From NCBI GenBank assembly GCA_949299185.1, contig CASFZR010000002.1, positions 4,514 through 68,513 on the forward strand: DNA of 64,000 nt. The letters are read 5' to 3'. The stretch is from an uncultured Spirochaetales bacterium (GTDB taxonomy: Bacteria; Spirochaetota; Spirochaetia; Sphaerochaetales; Sphaerochaetaceae). How positions within the stretch are numbered: the first letter of the stretch is position 1; the number at the start of each line of letters is the position of its first letter. The notes under the pieces were generated by a model. The model made no database searches, was not told the DNA's origin, and saw only the letters and a program-made list of their open reading frames with translations. Below are positions 37,076-45,265 of the stretch, in pieces. Position numbers and translations under genes: made by a program.

Positions 37076-38218
37076 TCAAAGAAGATAGTGCTGGGAGAAA
37101 GAGACAGGATGCCTGTTCTCGTACAGGACCTTCTCAAGGTAATCGGTGTCGAGGGCAAGGTCGGTGGCTATGCGGACAAGGAGGCTCTCCCCTATCATGT
37201 TCTGCTCACAGAAGAGATAGGCAACGGCCTTCTCCGCGATATGGCCGGGCCTGATAGAGCTGAGATAGCGCTCTCCCTCCTTGTCATCGCCATAGCTATG
37301 CATGAGATTCTCATAGAGCCGGGAGGCCTCAGGCTTCTCATGAAGGGCCTCAAGCTCCTTCATAAGCGCCGTGCAATCACCTCGTCCGGCCTCCTCTCCA
37401 AGGGGCTTGAGCGTGAAGAACGTATACTCCTTCCCCGGCAGGAAGTGATGCTGATCGCAGCGTGCGGCATAGTTCGGCTCAAGCCCTCCGTCCTTGATCT
37501 TATCGCCTCCGACCACGATCAGGGGATCGAAGTATAGAGCCGGGCACTCCGCGCCATCGATGCTGTAGTAGCGATAGGTATAGAACGCGGGGGCCATGCA
37601 GTCAGGATGCTCGCAATACGCCGTCAGCGGTATCACATCCGTCGCGATATCCAGCATGAGACGGGCCGTCGAGTTGAAGAACTCCCTACGGAAGTTGAGT
37701 ATCAAGGTGGGGAAGACGAACATGCAGCCCTTCTCGATCGCATAATTGCGCGCCACGTAGGCAAGGCGCTCATCGAAGAACGAAGCCTCATCGATGATAT
37801 ACGTCCCGACATCGGGATTGTCCCTAAGCACCTCCTCGAATCCGAATGAGTCATGGATGCGCGCGATATTGCTGCCGCAGCGGACATATCCAGAACGATA
37901 GGCAAGCGCGTCCTCCGGGTAATCAGTGAAGCGGGCGCCATCGATATCAGAACGGATGAAGAAGACCTTGCGCCTGTCAAGCTCTCCCGTACTCGTGAGA
38001 GCCTTCACCGCATCGCTCTTGCGGCTTGCCACGGCGGCATCCCGCCAGACACGGGCAGCGAACTCCGTCTTCCCTGAGCCCATAGGCCCGATAAGAAGCA
38101 CGCGGCGCCCCGGCGTCGTGAAATCGAAATGCGTGAACGTGTCGTGGACATCGAGCGTCGGGAACCCCAGCGACTTCAGGAAATCAGTTCCCGGGCTCTC
38201 CCTTTCAACGGTTCTCAT
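37076..38218 (-). CDS. TK1-type thymidine kinase-like P-loop kinase with N- and C-terminal extensions
   Basis: 380 aa. P-loop [20 protein letters not shown] (compare TK1 DEAQFF), and lasso/zinc-ligand-like CEHPDC...ARCDQHHF. About 110 extra C-terminal residues of unknown fold. 14-nt overlap with deoC. Confidence 0.55.
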   Translation of the reverse strand: MRTVERESPGTDFLKSLGFPTLDVHDTFTHFDFTTPGRRVLLIGPMGSGKTEFAARVWRDAAVASRKSDAVKALTSTGELDRRKVFFIRSDIDGARFTDYPEDALAYRSGYVRCGSNIARIHDSFGFEEVLRDNPDVGTYIIDEASFFDERLAYVARNYAIEKGCMFVFPTLILNFRREFFNSTARLMLDIATDVIPLTAYCEHPDCMAPAFYTYRYYSIDGAECPALYFDPLIVVGGDKIKDGGLEPNYAARCDQHHFLPGKEYTFFTLKPLGEEAGRGDCTALMKELEALHEKPEASRLYENLMHSYGDDKEGERYLSSIRPGHIAEKAVAYLFCEQNMIGESLLVRIATDLALDTDYLEKVLYENRHPVSFSQHYLL

Positions 38219-38861
38219 CCTGTTCCTTGACGATCCTTACGCCAGCACTCGCCCCGATCCTGGAGGCTCCCGCCTCAATCATGGCAAGCGCCGTCTTATA
38301 ATCCCTTATGCCGCCAGAGGCCTTCACGCCAAGCCTGTCTCCGACCACGGAACGCATCAGGCGCACATCCTCCACGGTAGCACCTCCTGTGGAGAATCCC
38401 GTGCTTGTCTTCACATAATCGGCTCCGGCCTTCTCGGAAAGCTCGCAGGCGATCCTCTTCTCCTCGTCGGAAAGGAGGCAGGTCTCGATGATGACCTTCA
38501 GCGTATGCCCCTCGCAGGCCTTCCTTACTGCCTTGATATCCTCAAGGACCTCATCGGTCATCCCTGACTTCAGGAAGCCTACGTTTATCACCATATCTAT
38601 CTCATCGGCACCGTTCTCCACGGCCTTCCGTGCCTCGTAGGCCTTAGCGTCGCTCTCCATTGCCCCAAGCGGAAAGCCCACGACAGTACATACCTTTGAG
38701 GTGGAGCCTTCAAGCAGCCTCGCTGCAAGAGGAACCCAGCATGAGTTGACGCAGACACTGGCGAATCCATATTCCGCGGCCTCCCTGCAGAGCGACTCTA
38801 TCCTCTCCTTCGTCGCATCAGCGGCAAGGACCGTGTGATCTATATATCCTGCGATATCCAT
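38205..38861 (-). CDS. deoC: Deoxyribose-phosphate aldolase
   Basis: Start trimmed to [12 protein letters not shown] (ATG 38861, RBS AAGGAGG). Active-site Lys motif [11 protein letters not shown]. Confidence 0.9.
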   Translation of the reverse strand: MDIAGYIDHTVLAADATKERIESLCREAAEYGFASVCVNSCWVPLAARLLEGSTSKVCTVVGFPLGAMESDAKAYEARKAVENGADEIDMVINVGFLKSGMTDEVLEDIKAVRKACEGHTLKVIIETCLLSDEEKRIACELSEKAGADYVKTSTGFSTGGATVEDVRLMRSVVGDRLGVKASGGIRDYKTALAMIEAGASRIGASAGVRIVKEQDENR

Positions 38862-38904
38862 AAAAGCCTCCTTGGGTGGATAATCTAAGACAAAAGAAGG
38901 TAAT

Positions 38905-39879
38905 CTACAATAGCCTTCCGAGCCTGGCATCAGCAACCCCTTCCCTGAATGGATAGGGATCCTCCCCTTTCCCATACAGCTCCAGCATACGGGCAATCGC
39001 TATCTCATCATCATTGAGGTTCAGTGGATAATACGGATTCACGAACAGCGTCCGCTCCCCGAGGGTGACATGGGAAAGCGTCAGGCTTCCGTTTCCTACC
39101 GAGGCATCACGATGGAAGACGAATGGCAGGGACACAGGATAGCCATCAGCACCTACGATGCGGACGCCGCTCTCATTCATCACGCCCCTATCCCCACGCA
39201 CCTCGAAGCGCTTGCCATATAGATACGAATGATACTGGTTGGAGGAGAAGTCGGTGATGAGAAGCGAGGAGGGAAAGCGCATCAGCCTGACGCTCCTCGT
39301 GTATTCTTCCTCCATCCCGCTCCGCTCAAGGCCATTGCGATAGCCCGTACGAAGCATGGATGAGGGAAAATCCATCGATTCGATCCTCTCTGGAAGATCA
39401 TATCCGATAGGAAGCACCCTTCGCGCGATAGCAGCCGCATGGTGGTTATGAAGCCCTGAGAGATACATCTGATCGACATTCCCTAGAAGAGGAATGGCCG
39501 CGATGACAGAGGCAAAGAGAGGCGTGAAGGCATACTGCTCCAGGACCATTCCGCCTTCTATGAGGCTCATCTCATCCAGCTCCTCATCAGAGAGCGACAG
39601 GAAGGTCGTCTCGCTGATGATCCTCTCGCCGTTATCACGAAGGAAGCGTAGCGTATCCGCGAAGCCCTTCTTACCAGACGCGACTATGACAGCGTCATGG
39701 CCGGCTTCCAAGGCCTTGTCCCTCTCTGCCGTGGCTCGGAACCCCAAGGCCTCGATCTCCTTTGCCCTTTCTGGCGAGCGGGAATAAACAGAAACGACAT
39801 TGATGATACTAGGACACAGCCTCGCGATGCGCAGGAAGAACCTGGCTCGCCATCCTGTGCCGAAAAGCACTACATCCAT
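38905..39879 (-). CDS. Gfo/Idh/MocA-like Rossmann-fold protein (hypothetical oxidoreductase)
   Basis: Start trimmed to [14 protein letters not shown] (GxGxxA-like). The C-terminal alpha/beta domain has no recognisable catalytic motif. Confidence 0.45.
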   Translation of the reverse strand: MDVVLFGTGWRARFFLRIARLCPSIINVVSVYSRSPERAKEIEALGFRATAERDKALEAGHDAVIVASGKKGFADTLRFLRDNGERIISETTFLSLSDEELDEMSLIEGGMVLEQYAFTPLFASVIAAIPLLGNVDQMYLSGLHNHHAAAIARRVLPIGYDLPERIESMDFPSSMLRTGYRNGLERSGMEEEYTRSVRLMRFPSSLLITDFSSNQYHSYLYGKRFEVRGDRGVMNESGVRIVGADGYPVSLPFVFHRDASVGNGSLTLSHVTLGERTLFVNPYYPLNLNDDEIAIARMLELYGKGEDPYPFREGVADARLGRLL

Positions 39880-39958
39880 GCCTGTATTCTTCCATGGAGA
39901 CGAGCGCAAGGCAATCGTGAACTTGATTCAGCCGCGCCTTTATCCTTAATCTAGGGAC

Positions 39959-40903
39959 ATGCTGCTTGATTTCTTCTATGAATTCTTCACCTGGATCATG
40001 CTCTTCGTGATACTCATCAATATATCGCAGAGGAAGATCCCCGATTCAGATAACAAGAGGAAGGCGACGCTGCTGCTCGCGGTCGTGTTCCTGATCATCT
40101 ATGTCATGGTGATAATGTGTTCCACCTTCTCGCTTCCGACATGGACGCAGTGGGCATCGCTTGCCCTCGGGATCGCGGTGATCGCCATATTCCACAAGGT
40201 CTTCTGGCCCTTCCGCCTCCATTGCAGCAGGTGCGGCAAGCGGCTTGAGTGGAACAGCATCATCGGCAACGATGACAACATCTGCCACAGCTGCTACCTC
40301 GAGGCCCACCCGGAGGAGAAGAGGAAGGAAGAGGAGAAGAAGCTTACCCCCAGGGAGAAGCTTGAGCGCTCATTCACGGAGGCTGATAAGGTCTCTGACA
40401 TAGACTGGGACAACTGGGAACCGACGGAGTCATGCGTCCTCACCTATGTCACCGATGGCGACAGGATCCTCATGATAGAGAAGAAGACCGGGCTTGGGCA
40501 TGGCTACATCAATGCGCCGGGCGGGCATATTGAGATCGAGGAGACGAAGACGGAAGCGGCCATCAGGGAGACGAAGGAAGAGACAGGGCTTGATGTCGAT
40601 GACCTAGAGGAAAGAGCGGTCCTGCGCTTCCAGTTCAAGGACGGGCTGAGGATGCTCGGCTATGTATTCTTCACATCCACGTACTCCGGTACGATGATCG
40701 AAGAATGTGAGGAGACAAGGCCGTTCTGGACGGATATCGCATCGCTCGACTACTCAAGGATGTGGGAGGATGACAGGCTCTGGCTTCCGCTCGCGCTCGA
40801 GGGAAGGAAGGTCAATGGCTACTTCATCTTCGATGACCTTGAGATGCTCGACAGCAAGGTCGAAGAATACGAGGAGATAGAGAACGAGTACGGCAGGGAA
40901 TAG
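39959..40903 (+). CDS. Membrane-anchored zinc-ribbon NUDIX hydrolase
   Basis: 314 aa. Three N-terminal hydrophobic segments, a CSRCGKRL...CHSC ribbon, a Lys/Glu-rich linker, and the NUDIX box GGHIEIEETKTEAAIRETKEETGL. Confidence 0.8.
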   Translation: MLLDFFYEFFTWIMLFVILINISQRKIPDSDNKRKATLLLAVVFLIIYVMVIMCSTFSLPTWTQWASLALGIAVIAIFHKVFWPFRLHCSRCGKRLEWNSIIGNDDNICHSCYLEAHPEEKRKEEEKKLTPREKLERSFTEADKVSDIDWDNWEPTESCVLTYVTDGDRILMIEKKTGLGHGYINAPGGHIEIEETKTEAAIRETKEETGLDVDDLEERAVLRFQFKDGLRMLGYVFFTSTYSGTMIEECEETRPFWTDIASLDYSRMWEDDRLWLPLALEGRKVNGYFIFDDLEMLDSKVEEYEEIENEYGRE

Positions 40904-40913
40904 CCGATGCATC

Positions 40914-41738
40914 ATGGGGCTATGGAACCTGTCGGAGAGCCAGTTCCATAGGAAGATAGCCCCGGCAGAAGGCAAGGCCATCATCAAGGCAGGCTACAAG
41001 AGGGGCATCACGATATTCGATACCGCCTATAGCTATGGCGATGCGGAATCGCTCCTCTCCTCCGCGATGAGGGAGATCGGTGCCGACGACTACCGCGTGA
41101 TATCCAAGGTGATGCCTGTGCCGACCATGAGGCGCAAGGCGGAAGCGACGCTACGCCGCCTTGGCAGGGACTATGTGGATATCCTCCTCATCCACTGGCC
41201 GACGGAGAAGGAAAGCCTCTACCGTAGCCTGAAGGAACTCGAAGGCCTCCTTCACGAAGGGAAGGCAAAGGCGATCGGCGTAAGCAACTTCCCGATAGGA
41301 TTGCTGAGAAGGACGATGCAGGACTTTCCCATATCATTCCATGAGCGCCCCCTTTCCCTGATCTGGACCAAGGGCTGGGAAGAGGAGAAGGGCCTTGGCG
41401 TGAAGACGCTTGCCTACGCGCCTCTTGGCATGGGAGTCCTATCAGGGCACTATGCAGGCGAAGACGCGAGGAAGACACTTGCATCCCTCTCCTCTCCATA
41501 TATCGCTGAGCTGATGGCAGAGCTTGACGGCGACGCGGCAACGGCGCTCTCCTGGGTATATGGAGAGAACCCCTATGGGGTTATATCAGGATTCTCCACC
41601 GTTTCCGACCTCTCCATCCTCGACAGGATAGCGGAAATCCCGGAGGATAGGAGGAAGAGGCTGTCGGCGCTTGCACGCCTGATAGACAGCACCACGGATG
41701 CGGATAACATATTCGCCCATGACTGGAAGGGAAGATGA
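40914..41738 (+). CDS. Aldo/keto reductase (short form lacking the usual N-terminal hairpin)
   Basis: 274 aa. FDTAYSYGDAE, LLIHWP and AIGVSNF motifs. Confidence 0.75.
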   Translation: MGLWNLSESQFHRKIAPAEGKAIIKAGYKRGITIFDTAYSYGDAESLLSSAMREIGADDYRVISKVMPVPTMRRKAEATLRRLGRDYVDILLIHWPTEKESLYRSLKELEGLLHEGKAKAIGVSNFPIGLLRRTMQDFPISFHERPLSLIWTKGWEEEKGLGVKTLAYAPLGMGVLSGHYAGEDARKTLASLSSPYIAELMAELDGDAATALSWVYGENPYGVISGFSTVSDLSILDRIAEIPEDRRKRLSALARLIDSTTDADNIFAHDWKGR

Positions 41739-42331
41739 AGGTACTCATCAGAAGAGCGGAAGCCGAGATAGAGGTCAAGAAGTCGAGGTTCATAGCGATC
41801 GCCATCCCTACCGATACGATGGAAGCGGTGAAGGCGGCCGTGGATTCGGTGCGCGCAGAGCATCCGGTAGCCAATCATGTAGTCCACGCCTCGGTCGTAG
41901 GGAAAAGCGGCACGATGTACTCCTTCTCCGATGACAGGGAACCGAAGAACACCGCAGGGCGTCCCGCCTTCGAGGTACTGAAAGGCTCGGGAATAACGAA
42001 TATCACGATATGCATCGTAAGATACTTCGGAGGAACGCTTCTCGGGACAGGAGGGCTGGTAAAGGCCTATGGTGACAGTGCCAAGGAAGTGCTGAAGGTC
42101 GTTGAGACAGAGGAGCTTATCGAGCGTTCACGCTACAGGATGACGCTTCCCTATCCTTCATACACCCTGATAAAAAGGCTCTTAGAGGAAACAGACGCGA
42201 CGATAGCATCAGAGGATTTCGCCATAGACATAACGATAAGCGGCCTTGTTCCATCACTGCATGCGGATAAGCTCAGAAGCGGCGTCGAGGACATAGGCCA
42301 GGGCAGGATACTCCTCACGCTCAGTACCTAG
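41735..42331 (+). CDS. yigZ: YigZ/IMPACT-family protein (UPF0029)
   Basis: 198 aa. KKSRFIAIAIP...DDREPKNTAGRP...VRYFGGTLLGTGGLVKAY is typical of the family. Confidence 0.8.
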   Translation: MKVLIRRAEAEIEVKKSRFIAIAIPTDTMEAVKAAVDSVRAEHPVANHVVHASVVGKSGTMYSFSDDREPKNTAGRPAFEVLKGSGITNITICIVRYFGGTLLGTGGLVKAYGDSAKEVLKVVETEELIERSRYRMTLPYPSYTLIKRLLEETDATIASEDFAIDITISGLVPSLHADKLRSGVEDIGQGRILLTLST

Positions 42332-43748
42332 AGAGCTTGTACTTCCTCTCCGCCGAGAGCAGCGCTGGCTCCTCCTCCCTCTCCTCCTTCTTCCCATCGA
42401 TCTCCTCCGCGAGCCTGATCGCTATCGCGATAGCCCTGGAAAGAGCCTCCTCGGAGACCTTGTCTGCAGTATCATCCATGCTATGGGCAGGCGTATGCGT
42501 ACCAGGCGCCATTGCAGTCAGCGTCACGGCCTCAAGCGAAGCGTCAGCGGCAGAGGCTGCATCGGTCTCACCGCCGAAGACGCCTATGCGTCCTACTGGG
42601 ATCCTATAGCCCATGGAGGATGCTATCGAGGAGCAGCGGGAGGCTAGGCTCTCTGAGAGAGGGATGAATCCATTGCCATCACGCGAGAGGAACACGAGAT
42701 CCTCCTCTCCATAGAGACCATCGAAGTTGAGATTATAGCCATTCTCGACAAGGTAGGCGTTGTCATGGTACCAGATACGGCTTCCGCATCTTCCGCACTC
42801 CTCCCCATCGAAGGAGACGAATACAAGCCGCGTGCCGCGTAACGCATGTCCTTCCCTCTTCTCCTTGGAGAAATGCGAGAGAAGCGTGGTCACGACGCTT
42901 ACCCCGGAAAGGTCATCCCCGGCCCCTGGCGAATACTCCTCATCGCCCAGGTTGATATACGAGAACGAGAGCGCTGACGCGGCAATGGAGACAAGCTGCA
43001 GGATAATCACGGGAATGGTTGGGAAATTGAAGCCCCAGAATACGCCGCCTGCGATCTCCGCGACCAGGGAAATCAGCGAGGAGAGGGCCATGAGGGCAAA
43101 GCTGGCAGGCTGGAGATACGCTGATGATGCGATCCTTCCGATCCTACCCTCTCCCTTCCTGCGTATCATCGCACAATCATGGTGGGCGGAGAAGACAAGC
43201 GTCGCCCTGACCTCCCCCTCCGGCTCTATCACGGCATGGACGTTGGTGGCCTCATCGGATCTCATGAAGCACCTGAGCCAGCCGCCATCGCCCTTGATCT
43301 CTCCATAGAGGGCGAGGATATAGGCGCCTATCAGCAGCAGCGAAAGATAAGGGAGGCCAACAAGCGTCAGCATCGATGAGAGAAGAAGGAAGAGATAGGA
43401 GAAGAGCAGCATTCCCCTTGCCGCCCTAGGATACACCCTGGCGGTGGTCAGGACCACATCCTTCTCGCTCCTCTCCATCTCGGAGCCGATGCGACGCGCG
43501 GCACGGCGGGAATCCGGAGAGGCTGCAGGACGCGGTCCCAGCTCCGAAGACAGCGTATTAAGCAATGACAAAGCCTGATCGGAGAGCCTGACGGCCTTCG
43601 TTCCTTCCTCGATGCTTCTCTCTTCTTCCTGGCCTTTCCTTCCGAGGCTATCGATCTTCTCCCTGACAGCCTTCGCAAGATTCCGCAATCCAAATCCCAT
43701 ACGAAGTGAATATAGCAGAAAGGAGGCATTCCGTCCCGTATATGACAA
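42321..43748 (-). CDS. M28-family metallopeptidase with embedded transmembrane segments
   Basis: 475 aa. Metal-ligand motifs SAHHD, GAGDDLSG, FDGEECG and HSMDD. Hydrophobic stretches lie before the first two ligand motifs and between them. The start may instead be MGFGLRN (43700). Confidence 0.6.
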   Translation of the reverse strand: MSYTGRNASFLLYSLRMGFGLRNLAKAVREKIDSLGRKGQEEERSIEEGTKAVRLSDQALSLLNTLSSELGPRPAASPDSRRAARRIGSEMERSEKDVVLTTARVYPRAARGMLLFSYLFLLLSSMLTLVGLPYLSLLLIGAYILALYGEIKGDGGWLRCFMRSDEATNVHAVIEPEGEVRATLVFSAHHDCAMIRRKGEGRIGRIASSAYLQPASFALMALSSLISLVAEIAGGVFWGFNFPTIPVIILQLVSIAASALSFSYINLGDEEYSPGAGDDLSGVSVVTTLLSHFSKEKREGHALRGTRLVFVSFDGEECGRCGSRIWYHDNAYLVENGYNLNFDGLYGEEDLVFLSRDGNGFIPLSESLASRCSSIASSMGYRIPVGRIGVFGGETDAASAADASLEAVTLTAMAPGTHTPAHSMDDTADKVSEEALSRAIAIAIRLAEEIDGKKEEREEEPALLSAERKYKLSRY

Positions 43749-43775
43749 CGTCTTTCCTCATGCTATCATGGCAGC

Positions 43776-44099
43776 ATGGACGGTAATGACAGGAATCAGC
43801 CGGATGAGGAGAGTTTCTGGGAAGTGGCCGAGCTTTTCAGGCTGCTTGGGGACGGAAGCAGGGCAAGGGTGTTCTGGATCCTCTGCCATCAGGAGGAGTG
43901 CGTCGCCTCGCTAGCATCGATCACAGGGATGTCCAGTCCTGCGGTATCGCATCACCTGCGGCTCCTGAGGAAGACAGGGCTCATACAATCCAGGCGCATC
44001 GGCAAGGAAGTAAGGTACAGGGCATCTTCCTCTCCCGCGGCATGTACGCTCCACGAAGCACTTGAACGCCTCATGGAGATAACCTGCCCCAGGGCATAG
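43776..44099 (+). CDS. ArsR/SmtB-family transcriptional regulator
   Basis: 107 aa. LFRLLGDGSRARVFWIL...CVASLASITGMSSPAVSHHLRLLRKTGL. Confidence 0.85.
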   Translation: MDGNDRNQPDEESFWEVAELFRLLGDGSRARVFWILCHQEECVASLASITGMSSPAVSHHLRLLRKTGLIQSRRIGKEVRYRASSSPAACTLHEALERLMEITCPRA

Positions 44100-44189
44100 G
44101 AACAGCTACGAGAAGCCAAGAGATCCTATGAACACAGGGGAATATAACGCAGTATGGTATATTTACAACAGAATATACCTACAAACAAA

Positions 44190-44218
44190 TTGACAAAGAG
44201 GGCAACAATCAAGATAAT
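44190..44218 (+). promoter_or_regulatory. Strong sigma70-like promoter of the tRNA operon
   Basis: TTGACA (44190-44195), 17-nt spacer, GATAAT (44213-44218), about 30 nt before the first tRNA. Confidence 0.6.
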
Positions 44219-44249
44219 CAAGCGTTGACTGGTTGTTGCCAGAGACATT

Positions 44250-44337
44250 GGAGAGATGTCCGAGTGGTTTAAGGTAGCTGCCTTGAAAGCAGCCGTGGCG
44301 CAAGTCACCGGGGGTTCGAATCCCTCTCTCTCCGCCA
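44250..44337 (+). tRNA. tRNA-Ser (anticodon UGA), CCA encoded
   Basis: Hand-folded. Acceptor GGAGAGA/TCTCTCC, anticodon stem GCTGC/GCAGC with loop CTTGAAA, long variable arm, T-loop GGTTCGAATCC. Confidence 0.9.
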
Positions 44338-44346
44338 TATTAGATT

Positions 44347-44436
44347 GGAGAGGTGCGAGAGAGGCCGAATCGGGCTCCCTGCTAAGGAGTTGACCTGGCA
44401 AACCCGGGTCCGGGGGTTCGAATCCCCCCCTCTCCG
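44347..44436 (+). tRNA. tRNA-Ser (anticodon GCU)
   Basis: Acceptor GGAGAGG/CCTCTCC, anticodon loop CTGCTAA, long variable arm, T-loop GGTTCGAATCC. Confidence 0.9.
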
Positions 44437-44441
44437 ATGAT

Positions 44442-44515
44442 GAGACCATAGCTCAGCTGGATAGAGCATCAGTTTGCGGAACTGAGGGTCGGAGGTTCGA
44501 ATCCTCTTGGTCTCG
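44442..44515 (+). tRNA. tRNA-Arg (anticodon GCG)
   Basis: Acceptor GAGACCA/TGGTCTC, D-arm GCTCAGCTGGATAGAGC, anticodon stem TCAGT/ACTGA with loop TTGCGGA, T-arm GGAGGTTCGAATCCTCT. Confidence 0.85.
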
Positions 44516-44523
44516 TACGCTTT

Positions 44524-44611
44524 GGAGAGATGTCCGAGTGGTCGAAGGAGCCGGACTCGAAATCCGGTGTAGTGCTCTGCATTACCGAGGGTTCGAATCC
44601 CTCTCTCTCCG
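44524..44611 (+). tRNA. tRNA-Ser (anticodon CGA)
   Basis: Acceptor GGAGAGA/TCTCTCC, anticodon stem CCGGA/TCCGG with loop CTCGAAA, long variable arm. Confidence 0.9.
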
Positions 44612-44622
44612 AATGACGCCCT

Positions 44623-44708
44623 GGAGAGGTGTCCGAGTGGTCGAAGGTGCACGATTGGAAGTCGTGTATGGTCAAAAGCCATCGGGGGTTCGAATCCCCC
44701 CCTCTCCG
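44623..44708 (+). tRNA. tRNA-Ser (anticodon GGA)
   Basis: Acceptor GGAGAGG/CCTCTCC, anticodon stem CACGA/TCGTG with loop TTGGAAG, long variable arm. Confidence 0.9.
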
Positions 44709-44712
44709 TATT

Positions 44713-44812
44713 CAGCAGCAGATCCCCGGCAATGAGCGCCGCCCAACCCCGTCAGGACAGGAATGTAGCAGCGGTAAGCGGTAAGCCATGTGACCGGGAC
44801 CATTTGCTGCTG
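44713..44812 (+). ncRNA. ffs: Signal recognition particle RNA, small (4.5S) type
   Basis: 100-nt rod. CAGCAGCA (44713-44720) pairs with TGCTGCTG (44805-44812), and CCCGG pairs with CCGGG. The apical GTCAGGACA-GGAA-TGTAGCAGC matches the conserved domain IV pattern (E. coli GUCAGGUCC-GGAA-GGAAGCAGC). Followed by TTTTCATTTT. Position upstream of dnaX-ybaB-recR as in Bacillus. Confidence 0.8.
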
Positions 44813-44859
44813 TTTTCATTTTACGATTCCAAGGCAAGTACATTCCTTAAAGATAGAAG

Positions 44860-44888
44860 TTGACAGAAAGGCCGTGAGACATTATCGT
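44860..44888 (+). promoter_or_regulatory. Sigma70-like promoter of the XRE/ImmA-Fic cassette
   Basis: TTGACA (44860-44865), 17-nt spacer, TATCGT (44883-44888). Confidence 0.5.
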
Positions 44889-44917
44889 GATGTTCGATTT
44901 AAGAACATCTGATGTTG
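44889..44917 (+). promoter_or_regulatory. Candidate operator: GATGTTC-N7-GAACATC inverted repeat plus a third half-site GATGTTG
   Basis: Perfect 7-bp inverted repeat at 44889-44895 / 44903-44909, abutting the -10 box. Third half-site at 44911-44917. About 20 nt upstream of the XRE start. Confidence 0.5.
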
Positions 44918-44938
44918 ACTTTCTAATAAGGAGGAGCC

Positions 44939-45265
44939 ATGGATACGCATGATCGCCTTAGATTAGCACGGCAAAGACTATCACTTACCCAGGACTATGT
45001 GGCCTCCCTCCTGAATCTTCCAAGAACCGCCGTGGTCCAGATAGAAAGCGGAAAGAGAAAGCTGGCAAGTTCTGAGCTTGAGTCCTTATGCAGGATATAT
45101 GGCATATCAGCTGACTATGCATTAGGAATATCTCCTGATTCAGAAAGAACAAAGATGTATGCAAGAAGCATAGAGGCATTACCCGAAGAGGATCAGATGG
45201 AGATCATGAACCTGATTGAGTTCAAGAAGAAGCTTGCAAGGAAAAGAGAGGCGGCTAGGACGTGA
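44939..45265 (+). CDS. XRE-family HTH transcriptional regulator
   Basis: 108 aa. RLRLARQRLSLTQDYVASLLNLPRTAVVQIESGKRKL is an HTH_3 pattern. RBS AAGGAGGAG. GTGA overlap with the next ORF. Confidence 0.9.
   Translation: MDTHDRLRLARQRLSLTQDYVASLLNLPRTAVVQIESGKRKLASSELESLCRIYGISADYALGISPDSERTKMYARSIEALPEEDQMEIMNLIEFKKKLARKREAART

Noticed and set aside
40904-40950. AKR gene as an N-terminally truncated pseudogene
   Set aside because: The ORF retains the catalytic-region motifs and starts right after the NUDIX stop. Short AKR forms exist, so there is not enough evidence for decay.
44126-44735. ORFs of 65-125 aa covering the tRNA cluster
   Set aside because: The region is fully explained by five tRNA genes with canonical cloverleaves. 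The ORFs are by-products of the repeated tRNA sequence.
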